Source: an uncultured delta proteobacterium
GTDB taxonomy: Bacteria > Myxococcota > Kuafuiibacteriia > Kuafuiibacteriales > Kuafuiibacteriaceae
Direction: 5' to 3'
DNA: 64,000 nt
Assembly: GCA_963803435.1 (NCBI GenBank)
Contig: CAWDML010000001.1
Coordinates: 1,280,001 to 1,344,000 of the forward strand
Shown: positions 39,914 to 49,500 of the stretch, piece after piece
How the letters are laid out: every line of letters begins with the position of its first letter
Numbering within the stretch: position 1 is the first letter of the stretch
Translations under genes and position numbers: made by a program
Notes under the pieces: generated by a model
Database searches by the model: none
What the model was told of the DNA's origin: nothing
The model's input: the letters and a program-made list of their open reading frames with translations, nothing else

Positions 39914-41275
39914 ATGAAGGATCGCGTCAACGAACTGATCGCGCTCGGCTCGAAGGTGGTCGACCACGCCCGGAGAAAGGGTGCGGACGTCGCGGAGGTG
40001 CTGGCGATCGACAGCCTGGATCTCTCGGCGAAGGTCCGCATGGGAGCGCCCGAGCTGATCGAGGAGGCGGGCAGCCACGCGCTCGGCCTGCGGGTGATGA
40101 AGGGCGGCCGCTGGGCGTCGACCTATTCGAGCGATCCGAGCGAGCTCGGGATCGATGCGATGGTCGCGGACGCGCTCGAGCTCGCCTCGCTCTCGGAGCC
40201 GGACGAGCACGCGGCGCCGCCCGATCCCTCTCTCCTGGCCGGCGCGACCCCGGATCTGGACCTGTTCGATCCAAGCGCGATCGACCTCGACGCCAAGACC
40301 GCCACCCAGCTCGCGCTCGCGGGCGAGCAAGCGGCCCGTGACTTCGACCCGCGCATCACCAACAGCGAGGGCGCGACCTACGATCGCACCCTCTCGGCGC
40401 GCGCGCTGGTCACCAGCCACGGCTTCTCGGGCGGGTACGCAGGCACGTACCAGACGATCGCGGTGAGCCCGGTGATCGACGACGCCGGAGGGAAGAAGCG
40501 CACCGGGAGCTACTGGGACGCGCGGCGCTACGCGGGCGCGGTGCTCGATCCGAAGTCGGTGGGCGAGGAGGCGGCGCGACGAACCCTGGCCAAGCTCGGC
40601 TCTCGCAAGGTGGAGACCTGCGAGGTCCCGGTCGTGTTCGATCCGGACGCCGGGCGGGCGCTGCTCTCGCTCTTCTTCTCCTGCGTCACCGGAGACGCCG
40701 TCTACAAGCGCGCCTCGTATCTGTGCGACCGCGAGGGCGAGCTCGCCGCCAGCGAGCGGGTGACGATCGTCGACGATCCGTTGATCCCGCGCGGGCCCGG
40801 CTCGCGACCGTTCGACGGCGAGGGCCTCCCCTCACGCCGGAACGTGGTGGTCGAGCAGGGTCGGTTGCTCACCTATCTGTTCGACACGTACAGCGGCCGC
40901 AAGCTCGGTCGGGCCTCGACCGGGAGCGCCTCCCGCGGCCTGGGCGGCCGCCCCACCGTCTCCGCCACCAACTTCCACCTGCTCGCCGGCGATCGGGATC
41001 CCGGCGACATCGTCTCCGAGGTCGACCGCGGGCTCTACGTCACTTCGATGATGGGTTTTGGCTTCAACGCGGTGACCGGCGACTTCAGCCGTGGCGCCGA
41101 GGGCTTCTGGATCGAAGGCGGGCGCAAGGCCTTCCCGGTCTCGGAGGTCACCGTGAGCCTCAACCTCGACCTCCTCTGGAAGAGCGTGGACGCCGTGGGC
41201 CGGGACCTCGACCCGAAGACTCGATTCGCCACACCCACGTTCCGGGTGACCCGAATGACCGTCGCCGGCAGCTGA
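39914..41275 (+). CDS. pmbA: TldE/PmbA
   Basis: ATG 39914; follows tldD; SRPFDGEG, LFDTYSGRKLG, VTGDFSRGAEGFWIE; lacks HExxxH. Confidence 0.93.
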   Translation: MKDRVNELIALGSKVVDHARRKGADVAEVLAIDSLDLSAKVRMGAPELIEEAGSHALGLRVMKGGRWASTYSSDPSELGIDAMVADALELASLSEPDEHAAPPDPSLLAGATPDLDLFDPSAIDLDAKTATQLALAGEQAARDFDPRITNSEGATYDRTLSARALVTSHGFSGGYAGTYQTIAVSPVIDDAGGKKRTGSYWDARRYAGAVLDPKSVGEEAARRTLAKLGSRKVETCEVPVVFDPDAGRALLSLFFSCVTGDAVYKRASYLCDREGELAASERVTIVDDPLIPRGPGSRPFDGEGLPSRRNVVVEQGRLLTYLFDTYSGRKLGRASTGSASRGLGGRPTVSATNFHLLAGDRDPGDIVSEVDRGLYVTSMMGFGFNAVTGDFSRGAEGFWIEGGRKAFPVSEVTVSLNLDLLWKSVDAVGRDLDPKTRFATPTFRVTRMTVAGS

Positions 41276-41320
41276 TCGAAAAAACCCGACTCAACATTCA
41301 CCCCCGAGATCCGGTACACG

Positions 41321-42472
41321 ATGAACGTGGAGGATCTTCGAGTCGTCCAGGAGATCGCGGCGACGGTCACCGCCGCTGAAGCCGAGGCCACCGACCGCGA
41401 CGCCCGCTGGCCCGAGTCGACCTTGCGCGCGCTCCAGGAGGCGGGCTTGGGCGGATTCACGGTCTCCCGGGCGCAGGGCGGGCGCGGCCACGGTGTGTAC
41501 CACCTCGCCCTCGCGTGTGAGACGCTCGGCTATCAATGCGCGTCGGCCGCGATCTGTTTCGGGATGCACTGTGTCGCGTCGGCTGTACTCTCGGCCAGGG
41601 CGACCGACCCTCAGACTCACCGCTATCTGTCCCCGATCTGCCGAGGCGCGCACCTCACCACGCTGGCGCTCTCCGAGCCCGGCACGGGGAGCCACTTCTA
41701 TTTCCCGCAGTGCCGGTTGAGCCGGAGCCCCGGCGGCGGCCTGATCGTCGACGGAGACAAGGCGCTCGCCACCAACGCCGGCCACGCCGACTCCTACGTG
41801 GTCTCCACGACCGCTCTCGATCCGGAGGCGGAAGCTGGTATGTTTTCCTGCGTGATCGTGCCGAAGGAGGCCTCCGGGATCGAGTGGGGGCCACCGTTCC
41901 ACGGGCTCGGCATGCGCGGCAACGCCTCGCGCGGATTCCGGCTGAACCAGGTCGAGATCCCCACAGACAATTTGCTCGGTCGGGACGGAGATCAGATCTG
42001 GTACGTCTTCCAGGTCGTCGCGCCGTTCTTTCTGATGGCGATGGCAGGCACGTACCTCGGGCTCGCCCGCCGCGCGCTCGAGGTCGTGGTCGATGAGCTG
42101 GGTCGGCGCGACTATCTGCACAGCGGTCGGACGCCCGCCGACGAGCCGGTCGTCCAGCACCGAATCGGCTCGCTCTGGGCCATGGTTCAGCGCACGCGAC
42201 GCCTCGCCTACTGGGCCGCCGAGGAGACGGATCGCGGCGGACCCGAGGCGCTCCCGGCGCTGTGCTCGGCCAAGGCGGAGGTCGCGAACTGCGCCGTCGA
42301 CGTGGTCAACGAGTGCATGACGCTCTCGGGCGGGCGCGCCTACCGGGACGGCTCGATCCTGGATCGCCTGCTCCGCGACGCCCGGGCCGCGCACGTCATG
42401 TCGCCCACCACCGATCTGTTGAGAACCTGGACCGGCCGGGCGCTCCTCGGAAAGCCGCTCCTGGGTAGCTGA
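41321..42472 (+). CDS. acyl-CoA dehydrogenase-like flavoprotein (atypical)
   Basis: TLALSEPGTGS, GDK..ATN, GLGMRGNAS, AK......A, GGRAY, RLLRDARA; C-terminal HVMSPT replaces IYEGT. Confidence 0.9.
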   Translation: MNVEDLRVVQEIAATVTAAEAEATDRDARWPESTLRALQEAGLGGFTVSRAQGGRGHGVYHLALACETLGYQCASAAICFGMHCVASAVLSARATDPQTHRYLSPICRGAHLTTLALSEPGTGSHFYFPQCRLSRSPGGGLIVDGDKALATNAGHADSYVVSTTALDPEAEAGMFSCVIVPKEASGIEWGPPFHGLGMRGNASRGFRLNQVEIPTDNLLGRDGDQIWYVFQVVAPFFLMAMAGTYLGLARRALEVVVDELGRRDYLHSGRTPADEPVVQHRIGSLWAMVQRTRRLAYWAAEETDRGGPEALPALCSAKAEVANCAVDVVNECMTLSGGRAYRDGSILDRLLRDARAAHVMSPTTDLLRTWTGRALLGKPLLGS

Positions 42473-42474
42473 GG

Positions 42475-44802
42475 ATGGTCGGTCGCATCATGCTCGCCGG
42501 CGTTGGTGACGCGCTGGTCCAGGCGGTCACCGCGAGCAGCGCATTCGACGGCGTCGGCGTCGAGGTCCACGAGAACGCAGAGGCGGCGCTGAGTCGACTG
42601 CGGAGCGCACCGCAGAGCGCAGGCGATCTGCTGGTCATCGGGCCGGCGGTGGAATCGCCGCTACGCATCGGGCAGCGGGCCCGCGGGATCGCCGGCGAGC
42701 TTTCGCTGCTCTTCCTCACGGAGCGCGGTGGGGAGGCCCCGCTGCGGGCGGCCGCCCTGGTCTCGCCGTTCGTCGGAAGCGACCTCGTCTGCATCTCGGT
42801 CGAGGACCGAGGCGCAGTGATCGAGCTGATCCTCAAGCAGCACGAGAAGGCGCGGCGATTGGCCCGTCATCGGACCACCACCGCGGTCGCGTCGTCGCTG
42901 CTCGACGCCGCCCCGAGCCGCGAGTCCGGCGTCGTGCTGGAGCAGCTCCTCGATCACGCGCCCATCGGCGTGCTGGTCGTCGATCCCGAGGGCCTGGTCC
43001 GCGCCTGGAACCCCAAGGCGACCGTCCTGTTCGGCGTGAAGGAGCAGCACGCGTTGGGCCGGCGGCTCACCGAGCTGATGCCCAGGGGAGAGGACGCGCG
43101 GCTCGACGATCTCCTCCAGCGCATCTTCGCCGGCCCCGACCCCACCGGCGAGCCGAAGTCGGACCCCGTCCTGCGGGCCGTGTTCGAGCTGCGCTCGAAG
43201 TCCGCGCAGTACGCGATGTTCACCATCTCGGGCCTGGGAGACCACGCCGCCCTGCGCGCGATGGTGCTGGTGCACGACGTTACCGAGCAGGTGCTGGTCC
43301 GCCGCGCCCTCGAGCACGCCGTTGAAGGCATCGCCCGCGTCGACGAGCGAGGCGCGCTCACGTCCGTGAACTCCGCCTATGCCGCGATCTACGGACGCCA
43401 CGCCGACGAGATGATCGGCGAGGACTGGGTCCACGGGATCCTCGCCGACGATCGTCCCCGTTTGGCGGCCGCCGAAGCGCGCATGCGCGCGGCTGGAAAG
43501 GCCGAGGTCGAGGTTCGTGGGATCCGGAGCGACGGATCCCCGTTCTACGCGCAGATGCTCCTGATCCCCTCGGTCGACGGTCATCATTGCTTCGCCAAAG
43601 ACGTCTCCCAGCAGAAGGAGATGCAGGCCAAGCTGCTGATCGCGGATCACATGACCTCGATCGGCACGCTGGCCGCCGGGGTGGCGCACGAGGTCAACAA
43701 CCCGCTCGCGTACGTGTCCGCGAACCTCGAGATGATGGCGGAGGAGGTGGTCGACGAAGGTCTGCGCGAGATGGTCGCCGAAGCGCGCGAGGGCGTGGAG
43801 CGGATCCGCCGGATCGTGTCGGACCTGAAGTCCTTCGCCCGGCCCGACGAGCGCAAGCCCGCGCTCATCGACGTCCGCGACGTGCTCGATCTGTGCGCGA
43901 AGATCGCGAACAACGAGATCAAGCATCGAGCGCGGCTGGTGAAGCGCTACGGCGAGGTACCGCGGGTCGCGGCCGACGAGGCGCAGCTGGGGCAGGTGTT
44001 CGTGAATCTGCTCGCCAACGCCGCGCGCGCCATCCCCGAGGGCCACGTCGCCGAGCACGAGATCCGGATCGTCACCGCCACCGAAGCCTCGGGACGATCA
44101 CTGGTCGAGATCCAGGACACCGGGGCCGGGATTCCTGCAGAGCACCTGCCGCGCATCTTCGAGCCCTTCTTCACCACGCGGCAGCTGGGGACGGGCATCG
44201 GGCTCGGGCTGTCGATCTGCCACGGCATCATCACCTCCCTCGGCGGAGAGATCACCGTGAGGAGTGCGATCGGTCGCGGGACCACCTTCCGCATCGCCCT
44301 CCCGGCGGCCGCCACCACCCCGGTCGAAGCCTCGACGCCTCAGGTCGCCTCGGTGGCGAGCGCCGTCAGCGGCACGGTCCTGGTGGTGGACGACGACCCC
44401 GGCGTCAGCGGATCCCTGAAGCGGATCCTGCGCGGTCACCGCGTCACGATCGCGCAGGGCGGCTCGGAAGCGCTGCGGATCCTGGAGACGGAGAGCTTCG
44501 ACGTGATCCTCTGCGACGTGATGATGCCAGACGTGACCGGGATGGAGGTCCACCGGGAGCTGGCCACCACGCGGCCGGACTGCCTCGAGCGGCTGGTGTT
44601 CATCACCGGGGGCGTCTTCACGCCTGCAGCCCGCCGATTCCTGGAGCAGGTGGCGAACGAGCGGGTCGAGAAGCCCTTCGACCTCCCTGCCATCCGAGCG
44701 CTGGTGACTCGCTATGTGGCCCGCTTCTCGCGCGAGTCATCGACCGCGCCCGAAGCGGGCGCGCAGCATCCGCTGCGTGGTCTCACCTCCGTTCCTCGAT
44801 AG
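42475..44802 (+). CDS. PAS-PAS hybrid sensor histidine kinase with receiver domain
   Basis: Receiver-like N-terminus, two PAS domains, GTLAAGVAHEVNNPL, QVFVNLL.NA, DTG.GI, FFTT...G.GLGL, receiver VLVVDDD...CDVMMP...KPF. Confidence 0.94.
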   Translation: MVGRIMLAGVGDALVQAVTASSAFDGVGVEVHENAEAALSRLRSAPQSAGDLLVIGPAVESPLRIGQRARGIAGELSLLFLTERGGEAPLRAAALVSPFVGSDLVCISVEDRGAVIELILKQHEKARRLARHRTTTAVASSLLDAAPSRESGVVLEQLLDHAPIGVLVVDPEGLVRAWNPKATVLFGVKEQHALGRRLTELMPRGEDARLDDLLQRIFAGPDPTGEPKSDPVLRAVFELRSKSAQYAMFTISGLGDHAALRAMVLVHDVTEQVLVRRALEHAVEGIARVDERGALTSVNSAYAAIYGRHADEMIGEDWVHGILADDRPRLAAAEARMRAAGKAEVEVRGIRSDGSPFYAQMLLIPSVDGHHCFAKDVSQQKEMQAKLLIADHMTSIGTLAAGVAHEVNNPLAYVSANLEMMAEEVVDEGLREMVAEAREGVERIRRIVSDLKSFARPDERKPALIDVRDVLDLCAKIANNEIKHRARLVKRYGEVPRVAADEAQLGQVFVNLLANAARAIPEGHVAEHEIRIVTATEASGRSLVEIQDTGAGIPAEHLPRIFEPFFTTRQLGTGIGLGLSICHGIITSLGGEITVRSAIGRGTTFRIALPAAATTPVEASTPQVASVASAVSGTVLVVDDDPGVSGSLKRILRGHRVTIAQGGSEALRILETESFDVILCDVMMPDVTGMEVHRELATTRPDCLERLVFITGGVFTPAARRFLEQVANERVEKPFDLPAIRALVTRYVARFSRESSTAPEAGAQHPLRGLTSVPR

Positions 44803-45585
44803 CTCGAGCTTCTGCAGCTTCGGGAGCGCGCTGATCGAGATCCGGTCGAGCGCCTCCTGGCGGAGGAGCGGTGTGTAGATCCGGAGCTCCTCGAGCTCCG
44901 ACAGCGACAGCGTGCCGAGCCGGATCCTGCCTCCTCGCACGGTCAAGCGCTCGAGGTTCGGGAAGGCCTCACAGATGGACGCGACCTCCCGGTGCTCCGT
45001 CTGTGGATTGCCGGCGCCGAGGTCGCCCACGCACAGCGAGGTCAGGCGCAGCCGGCTCCGGGACAGGATCCGATACACGGGATCCATGTCGACGCGCCGT
45101 CCCACGCGCGGCCCGATGGTGAGATGCCGGAGAAAGCGCGTCGACTCGAGGTCCTCGAGGATCTCGAACACCCGCTCGAGGGAGACGCCGAGGCTGTCGC
45201 CCAGGGTGATCCGGATGCTCCGGACGAACCCGAGATACCACTCGGCCGACAGCGGTCCGAAGCGCAGGTCGCCGATGTAGTGCGGCGAAGCAGAGAACGC
45301 GGGAATGCGGCGGACCGAGATCGAGGTCTCCATCAGCGGTGCGAGCTCAGCCAGCAGCTCGGGATGTCGGGAGTGCAAGTTGAATTGCGCACGGCGAAGA
45401 TCGCTCCGGCGTGCGCCGGCGGCCTCGATCTCCTCCTTCTGGAGCACGATCAGCTCACCGCGAGGATCTCCCCGCGACAGCAGGAGATCCGCATAGACCA
45501 GGTAGCTCTCGGCATCGTCCGGACGGGAGCCGATCTGGTGCAGCAGCGCCAGCCCGGGGTCGTCGTCGATACCGGCGAACGACAC
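44737..45585 (-). CDS. TIGR02996-like domain plus leucine-rich-repeat protein
   Basis: I..RPDD..YLVYAD.L..RGDPRGELI.LQ; W.LGFVRS; LRR-like LxxLxL repeats (FPNLERLTV, LPKLQKLELS.N). Confidence 0.8.
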   Translation of the reverse strand: MSFAGIDDDPGLALLHQIGSRPDDAESYLVYADLLLSRGDPRGELIVLQKEEIEAAGARRSDLRRAQFNLHSRHPELLAELAPLMETSISVRRIPAFSASPHYIGDLRFGPLSAEWYLGFVRSIRITLGDSLGVSLERVFEILEDLESTRFLRHLTIGPRVGRRVDMDPVYRILSRSRLRLTSLCVGDLGAGNPQTEHREVASICEAFPNLERLTVRGGRIRLGTLSLSELEELRIYTPLLRQEALDRISISALPKLQKLELSRNGGETTQRMLRARFGRGR

Positions 45586-45601
45586 GCCCTCGATGGTACG
45601 A

Positions 45602-46585
45602 TCAGGAGGCCAACGCGCGATAGATCATGGGAAAGCTGGCGTCGAGGCGGTGGCTTGTCGATCGGTGACCGCCGTCGAACTCCTGGTGCACGTGATCGAT
45701 ACCGTGATCGCGCAGCTTCGCCGCGAAGGCCCGTGCGCCCCAATGGAGCTGGTGCTCGTCGTAACGGCCGCAGTCGAGGTAAACCAGCCTCATCCTCGAG
45801 AGCGCATCGCGATGCTCGGGCCGATCGAGCATGCGCACCGGATCCCACGCATACCAGCGCTCGAGCACCTCCCGATCGAGCGTTCCCCGCTCGAGATCGA
45901 ACGGGAGGCCGATGCCGAGGGGGGCACCCGCGTCAGGGCTGTAGGCGGCGCACATGGCCAGCACCATGATCGGGCCGAACCATCGGCCCTCCCTCTTGTT
46001 GGGCGCAGCGTCGAAGGCGGCGACGAAGGCCTCCAGGCTGCCGGCGTCCCGCACGGCGTTCATGAGGCGCGGAATGTCCGGGACCAGCGACAGCTCGAAG
46101 CCCATGTCGCCCGAGTGACACGCCACCGCCGAGAACAGCTCGGGGTGCCGCATCGCCTGCACGATCGCCCCGTATCCGCCCGACGACTTGCCGGCGATCG
46201 CGTGCGCGGAGATCGCGAAGCGATCCGCGACCCGCGGGATCAGCTCGCCGACGAGATAGCCCTCGTAGTCGCCCACCGCCGGCGAGCTCAGGTACTGGCA
46301 CCCACCCCACCGCGTGAAGGTGTCGGGGAGCGCGACGATCACCTTGCCTAGCTTTCCTTCGGTGCGGAGCCGAACGAGGCGCGCCTCCAGTCCCTCCTGC
46401 CACGGATCGTGCGACAGCAACGCACGCCCGACCCCCGCAAAACCTGCCAGCCACCAGATGCATGGGACCCGCTCACCGGCCGTGAGATCGTCCGGAACGA
46501 CCAAATGGAGCGCTCGTTCGGAGGGATCGCCCAGCGGATTGGCCCGAAGCGCGCGGGAATCGACGCGGAGCACCTCGACCGCCAT
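45602..46585 (-). CDS. putative esterase (Fes/enterochelin-esterase-like alpha/beta hydrolase)
   Basis: ATG 46585; L..NPLGDP..R, GGCQY, GKSSGGYGA, YLDCG..DE, EFDGGH. Confidence 0.9.
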   Translation of the reverse strand: MAVEVLRVDSRALRANPLGDPSERALHLVVPDDLTAGERVPCIWWLAGFAGVGRALLSHDPWQEGLEARLVRLRTEGKLGKVIVALPDTFTRWGGCQYLSSPAVGDYEGYLVGELIPRVADRFAISAHAIAGKSSGGYGAIVQAMRHPELFSAVACHSGDMGFELSLVPDIPRLMNAVRDAGSLEAFVAAFDAAPNKREGRWFGPIMVLAMCAAYSPDAGAPLGIGLPFDLERGTLDREVLERWYAWDPVRMLDRPEHRDALSRMRLVYLDCGRYDEHQLHWGARAFAAKLRDHGIDHVHQEFDGGHRSTSHRLDASFPMIYRALAS

Positions 46586-46760
46586 AGTGCGGCAAGGTAT
46601 CATGAGAGCCGTCACACTGCTCGCCTGACCAGGAATTTTGACGCAGTTCCGGCTGTCGAACATAGATGAATGGAGGACCCAGACGTTTGTTCGGGTCCGT
46701 ATAGATCGAATGAAGGGGAGGCTTCCGAGGGGCACAGGCTTTCCACGAAGAGGAGGTTGA

Positions 46761-47078
46761 ATGACCCAGGCCACCACCGGCGCAATCGAGATGATGAGCG
46801 TCTTCATGATGCAGGAGCGCGCTCCGTCCCAAGAGGAGGCGGAGAAGATGCTCAAAGAGGCCAAGAAGGGGCGGAAGGGTTGGTTGGGGGGTCGCGTCGT
46901 TCCTCCGGGACGTTCCCAGAAGGGTCGTTTCCGGCTGATACAGGCGTTTTTCGAAGATGACGGCGGCGAGGTTCCAGCAGGGATGGCCCGCCTGAAGATT
47001 CCGGTCGGTGGGCAGATGATGCACGCCTACGGCATCTCACCGCAGCGCGTGAAGAAGATCCTGAGCAAGCTCGATTGA
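46761..47078 (+). CDS. hypothetical protein (105 aa, basic)
   Basis: Strong RBS GAGGAGG before ATG; fills the gap between divergent/convergent neighbours; no motif recognised. Confidence 0.7.
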   Translation: MTQATTGAIEMMSVFMMQERAPSQEEAEKMLKEAKKGRKGWLGGRVVPPGRSQKGRFRLIQAFFEDDGGEVPAGMARLKIPVGGQMMHAYGISPQRVKKILSKLD

Positions 47079-47097
47079 CCGAGTCTCGCCGGAGCTC

Positions 47098-48384
47098 TCA
47101 GCGCTCGTGCATGTGCAGATAGGATCGCCGGGCCTGGCCCGTGTAGATCTGGCGCGGGCGCGCGATCTTTTGCTCCTCGTCATCCACCAGCTCGAGCCAC
47201 TGTGCAAGCCAGCCTGCGGTTCGCGGGATCGCGAAGAGCACCGTGAAGAAGTCGGTCGGGAAGCCCATCGCGTCGTAGATGAGCCCTGAGTAGAAGTCGA
47301 CGTTCGGATACAGCTTCCGCTTCACGAAGTAGTCGTCCTGGAGCGCGATCCGCTCGAGCTCGAGCGCGACGTCCAGGAGCGGGTTCCGACCCGTCACCTC
47401 GAACACCTGATCGGCGAGCTTCTTGATGGTCTTGGCCCGCGGATCGTAGCTCTTGTAGACGCGGTGGCCGAAGCCCATGAGCCGGCCCTCGCCCGCCTTT
47501 ACCTTCTGGATGAACGCGGGCACGTTCGCCTTGGTCCCGATCTCCCACAACATGCGGAGCACGGCCTCGTTGGCGCCGCCGTGCAGCGGTCCGAAGAGCG
47601 CCGCGGCCGACGCCGCCACCGCCGAGTACGGGTCGACGTGCGAGGAGCCGACGCCCCGCATGGTGCTGGTGGAGCAGTTCTGCTCGTGGTCGGCGTGGAG
47701 GATGAAGAGGACGTCGAGCGCGTGCTCGAACACCGGATGCGGCGTGAACTTGGGCTCCGACATCCGCTTGATCATGGAGAGGAAGTTGCCTGCGTAGCTG
47801 AGCTCGTTGTCAGGATACACGTAGGGCAGGCCCCGGCTCTTGCGGTAGGACCAGGCCGCGATCGTCGGCATCTTGGCGATCATCCGGACGGTCTGCTTGG
47901 CACGGATCTGCTTGTCGAAGATCTTCCGGGCCTCCGGGTAGAAGGAGGACAGCGCGGCGATCGTCGAGATCAGGACGCACATCGGGTGCGCGTCGTACCG
48001 GAACCCCTCCATGAACTTGGCCACGTTCTCGTGGACGAACGTGTGGACCATGATCTCGTTGACCCAGGCCCGGTGCTGCTCGTGGTTGGGGAGCTCGCCG
48101 TGCTCGAGCAGATAGGCGACCTCGAGGAAGTTGGAGTGCTCCGCCAGCTCGTCGATCGGATAGCCGCGGTAATTGAGGATGCCCTTGTCGCCGTCGATGA
48201 ACGTGATCGCGCTCTTGCAGGCGGCCGTGTTTTGAAACGCCGGATCGTACGCCATCAGGCCGAAATCGTCCTCTTCGACTTTTATCTGCCGGAGGTCGAG
48301 CGCTCTGATCGTGCCTTCCGTGATCGGGAGCTCATAGCTCCGACCCGTACGATTGTCGGTTACGGTCAGGGACTCCTTGCCCAT
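47098..48384 (-). CDS. gltA: citrate synthase
   Basis: YDPAF.NTA.C.S.IT.IDG..G.L.YRGY, ILHADHEQNCST, GPLHGGANE, LMGFGHRVYK, YPNVDFYSG. Confidence 0.97.
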   Translation of the reverse strand: MGKESLTVTDNRTGRSYELPITEGTIRALDLRQIKVEEDDFGLMAYDPAFQNTAACKSAITFIDGDKGILNYRGYPIDELAEHSNFLEVAYLLEHGELPNHEQHRAWVNEIMVHTFVHENVAKFMEGFRYDAHPMCVLISTIAALSSFYPEARKIFDKQIRAKQTVRMIAKMPTIAAWSYRKSRGLPYVYPDNELSYAGNFLSMIKRMSEPKFTPHPVFEHALDVLFILHADHEQNCSTSTMRGVGSSHVDPYSAVAASAAALFGPLHGGANEAVLRMLWEIGTKANVPAFIQKVKAGEGRLMGFGHRVYKSYDPRAKTIKKLADQVFEVTGRNPLLDVALELERIALQDDYFVKRKLYPNVDFYSGLIYDAMGFPTDFFTVLFAIPRTAGWLAQWLELVDDEEQKIARPRQIYTGQARRSYLHMHER

Positions 48385-48419
48385 GCTAGCCGGCCTCATC
48401 TCTTACCGCAGCCGCTGCG

Positions 48420-49025
48420 TCAACCCTCCGACTTGTGATCATCGGGGTTGAGAAGCACCTGCCACCGGGCCAGCACGTCAGCGCTCCCCGGGCCTCCGGA
48501 TTTCATCAGGGTTTCGAGCCTGGCGTGCAGCGCGTTCCGCGCCCGGGACAGGCGCTGCCGGAAGGCCGCGAACGAAATTCCGAGGATCTCGGCAGCTTCG
48601 GGGCCGGGCAGACCGTCGACGTACGTGACGAGCAGGGCCAGCTTCTCGTCGAGGCTCATCTCCTCCAGCGCCGCCAGCGCCAGCGCTTGCTGCTCGCGCC
48701 GCCCGAGCTGCTCCTCCTGGCTCGGCGCGTCCGACACCAGCACGTCGCCCGAGGTCAGGTCGTCGCTCTGATCGGACGGCCGGGGCCGGCGCTGGCGGGC
48801 TCGGGCGATCTCGAAGCCCACGTTCCGTGCGATCCCGAGCAGCCAAACCCTGGGCGAGCTGTCCCCTCGAAAGCGTTCGAGGTTCTCGAGGGCGCGCGTG
48901 AGCACGGTCTGCGTCCCGTCCTCGAGCTCGTCGGGGCGGAGCATCTTCGCGAGGTAACGGCGGATCATCGGGATGTGATCGGCGAGCTCGTGCTCGCTCA
49001 GCTTCGCCATCGTCCCAGATGCCAT
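48420..49025 (-). CDS. ECF RNA polymerase sigma factor
   Basis: Region 2 ED.TQ.V...A...L..FRGDSS...WL..IARN; region 4 L.Y.DGL...EAAEILG......RLSRAR; GGAG RBS. Confidence 0.9.
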   Translation of the reverse strand: MASGTMAKLSEHELADHIPMIRRYLAKMLRPDELEDGTQTVLTRALENLERFRGDSSPRVWLLGIARNVGFEIARARQRRPRPSDQSDDLTSGDVLVSDAPSQEEQLGRREQQALALAALEEMSLDEKLALLVTYVDGLPGPEAAEILGISFAAFRQRLSRARNALHARLETLMKSGGPGSADVLARWQVLLNPDDHKSEG

Positions 49026-49033
49026 ACCACTCC

Positions 49034-49062
49034 TTGACTCGTCAGCTCTAGATCGCTAACCC
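49034..49062 (+). promoter_or_regulatory. sigma70-type promoter of the atpF'FH operon (near-leaderless)
   Basis: TTGACT-N17-TAACCC ending 8 nt before ATG 49071; no SD sequence. Confidence 0.5.
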
Positions 49063-49070
49063 ACGCCCGA

Positions 49071-49499
49071 ATGTCTCTGGACATCAACTTCACCTATATC
49101 CTCGTTCTCTCACTGTTCCTGGTTCCGGTCCTGCTCCTGAACGGGATCATATTCCGGCCGTTCCTCAAGCTCTTCGAGGAGCGGCACGAACAGCTGGAGG
49201 GGGCGGTCAAGCGCGCCGAGCAGATGCTCGATCAGGCGGAGGAGCGCGCCAGCACCTTTCAGAGCAAGATCCAGGTCGCCACCCAGCGCGGCATCGAGGC
49301 CCGCAACGCCCTCCGGACCCAGGCCGCGCGGGAGATGAGCGCACGCCTGGAGAAGGCGCGGCTCGAGCTGGCCAAGAAGACCGAGACCGCGCTGCACGAG
49401 CTGGAGAAGACGCGCCGCGAGGCGCTGGCCGACGTGATGGTGGAAGCCGAGCGGATCGCGCACGCGACGGCCTCGAAGATGCTCGGGCGAGGAGTGTGA
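49071..49499 (+). CDS. ATP synthase F0 subunit b'
   Basis: DIN.T N-terminal TM, FRPFLK.FEER, coiled coil, ending ..KMLGR; precedes atpF. Confidence 0.88.
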   Translation: MSLDINFTYILVLSLFLVPVLLLNGIIFRPFLKLFEERHEQLEGAVKRAEQMLDQAEERASTFQSKIQVATQRGIEARNALRTQAAREMSARLEKARLELAKKTETALHELEKTRREALADVMVEAERIAHATASKMLGRGV

Positions 49500-49500
49500 A

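Noticed and set aside
38466-41275. tldD/tldE as part of a RiPP (microcin-like) cluster
   Set aside because: No precursor peptide, YcaO or other modification enzymes adjacent; looks like the housekeeping pair.
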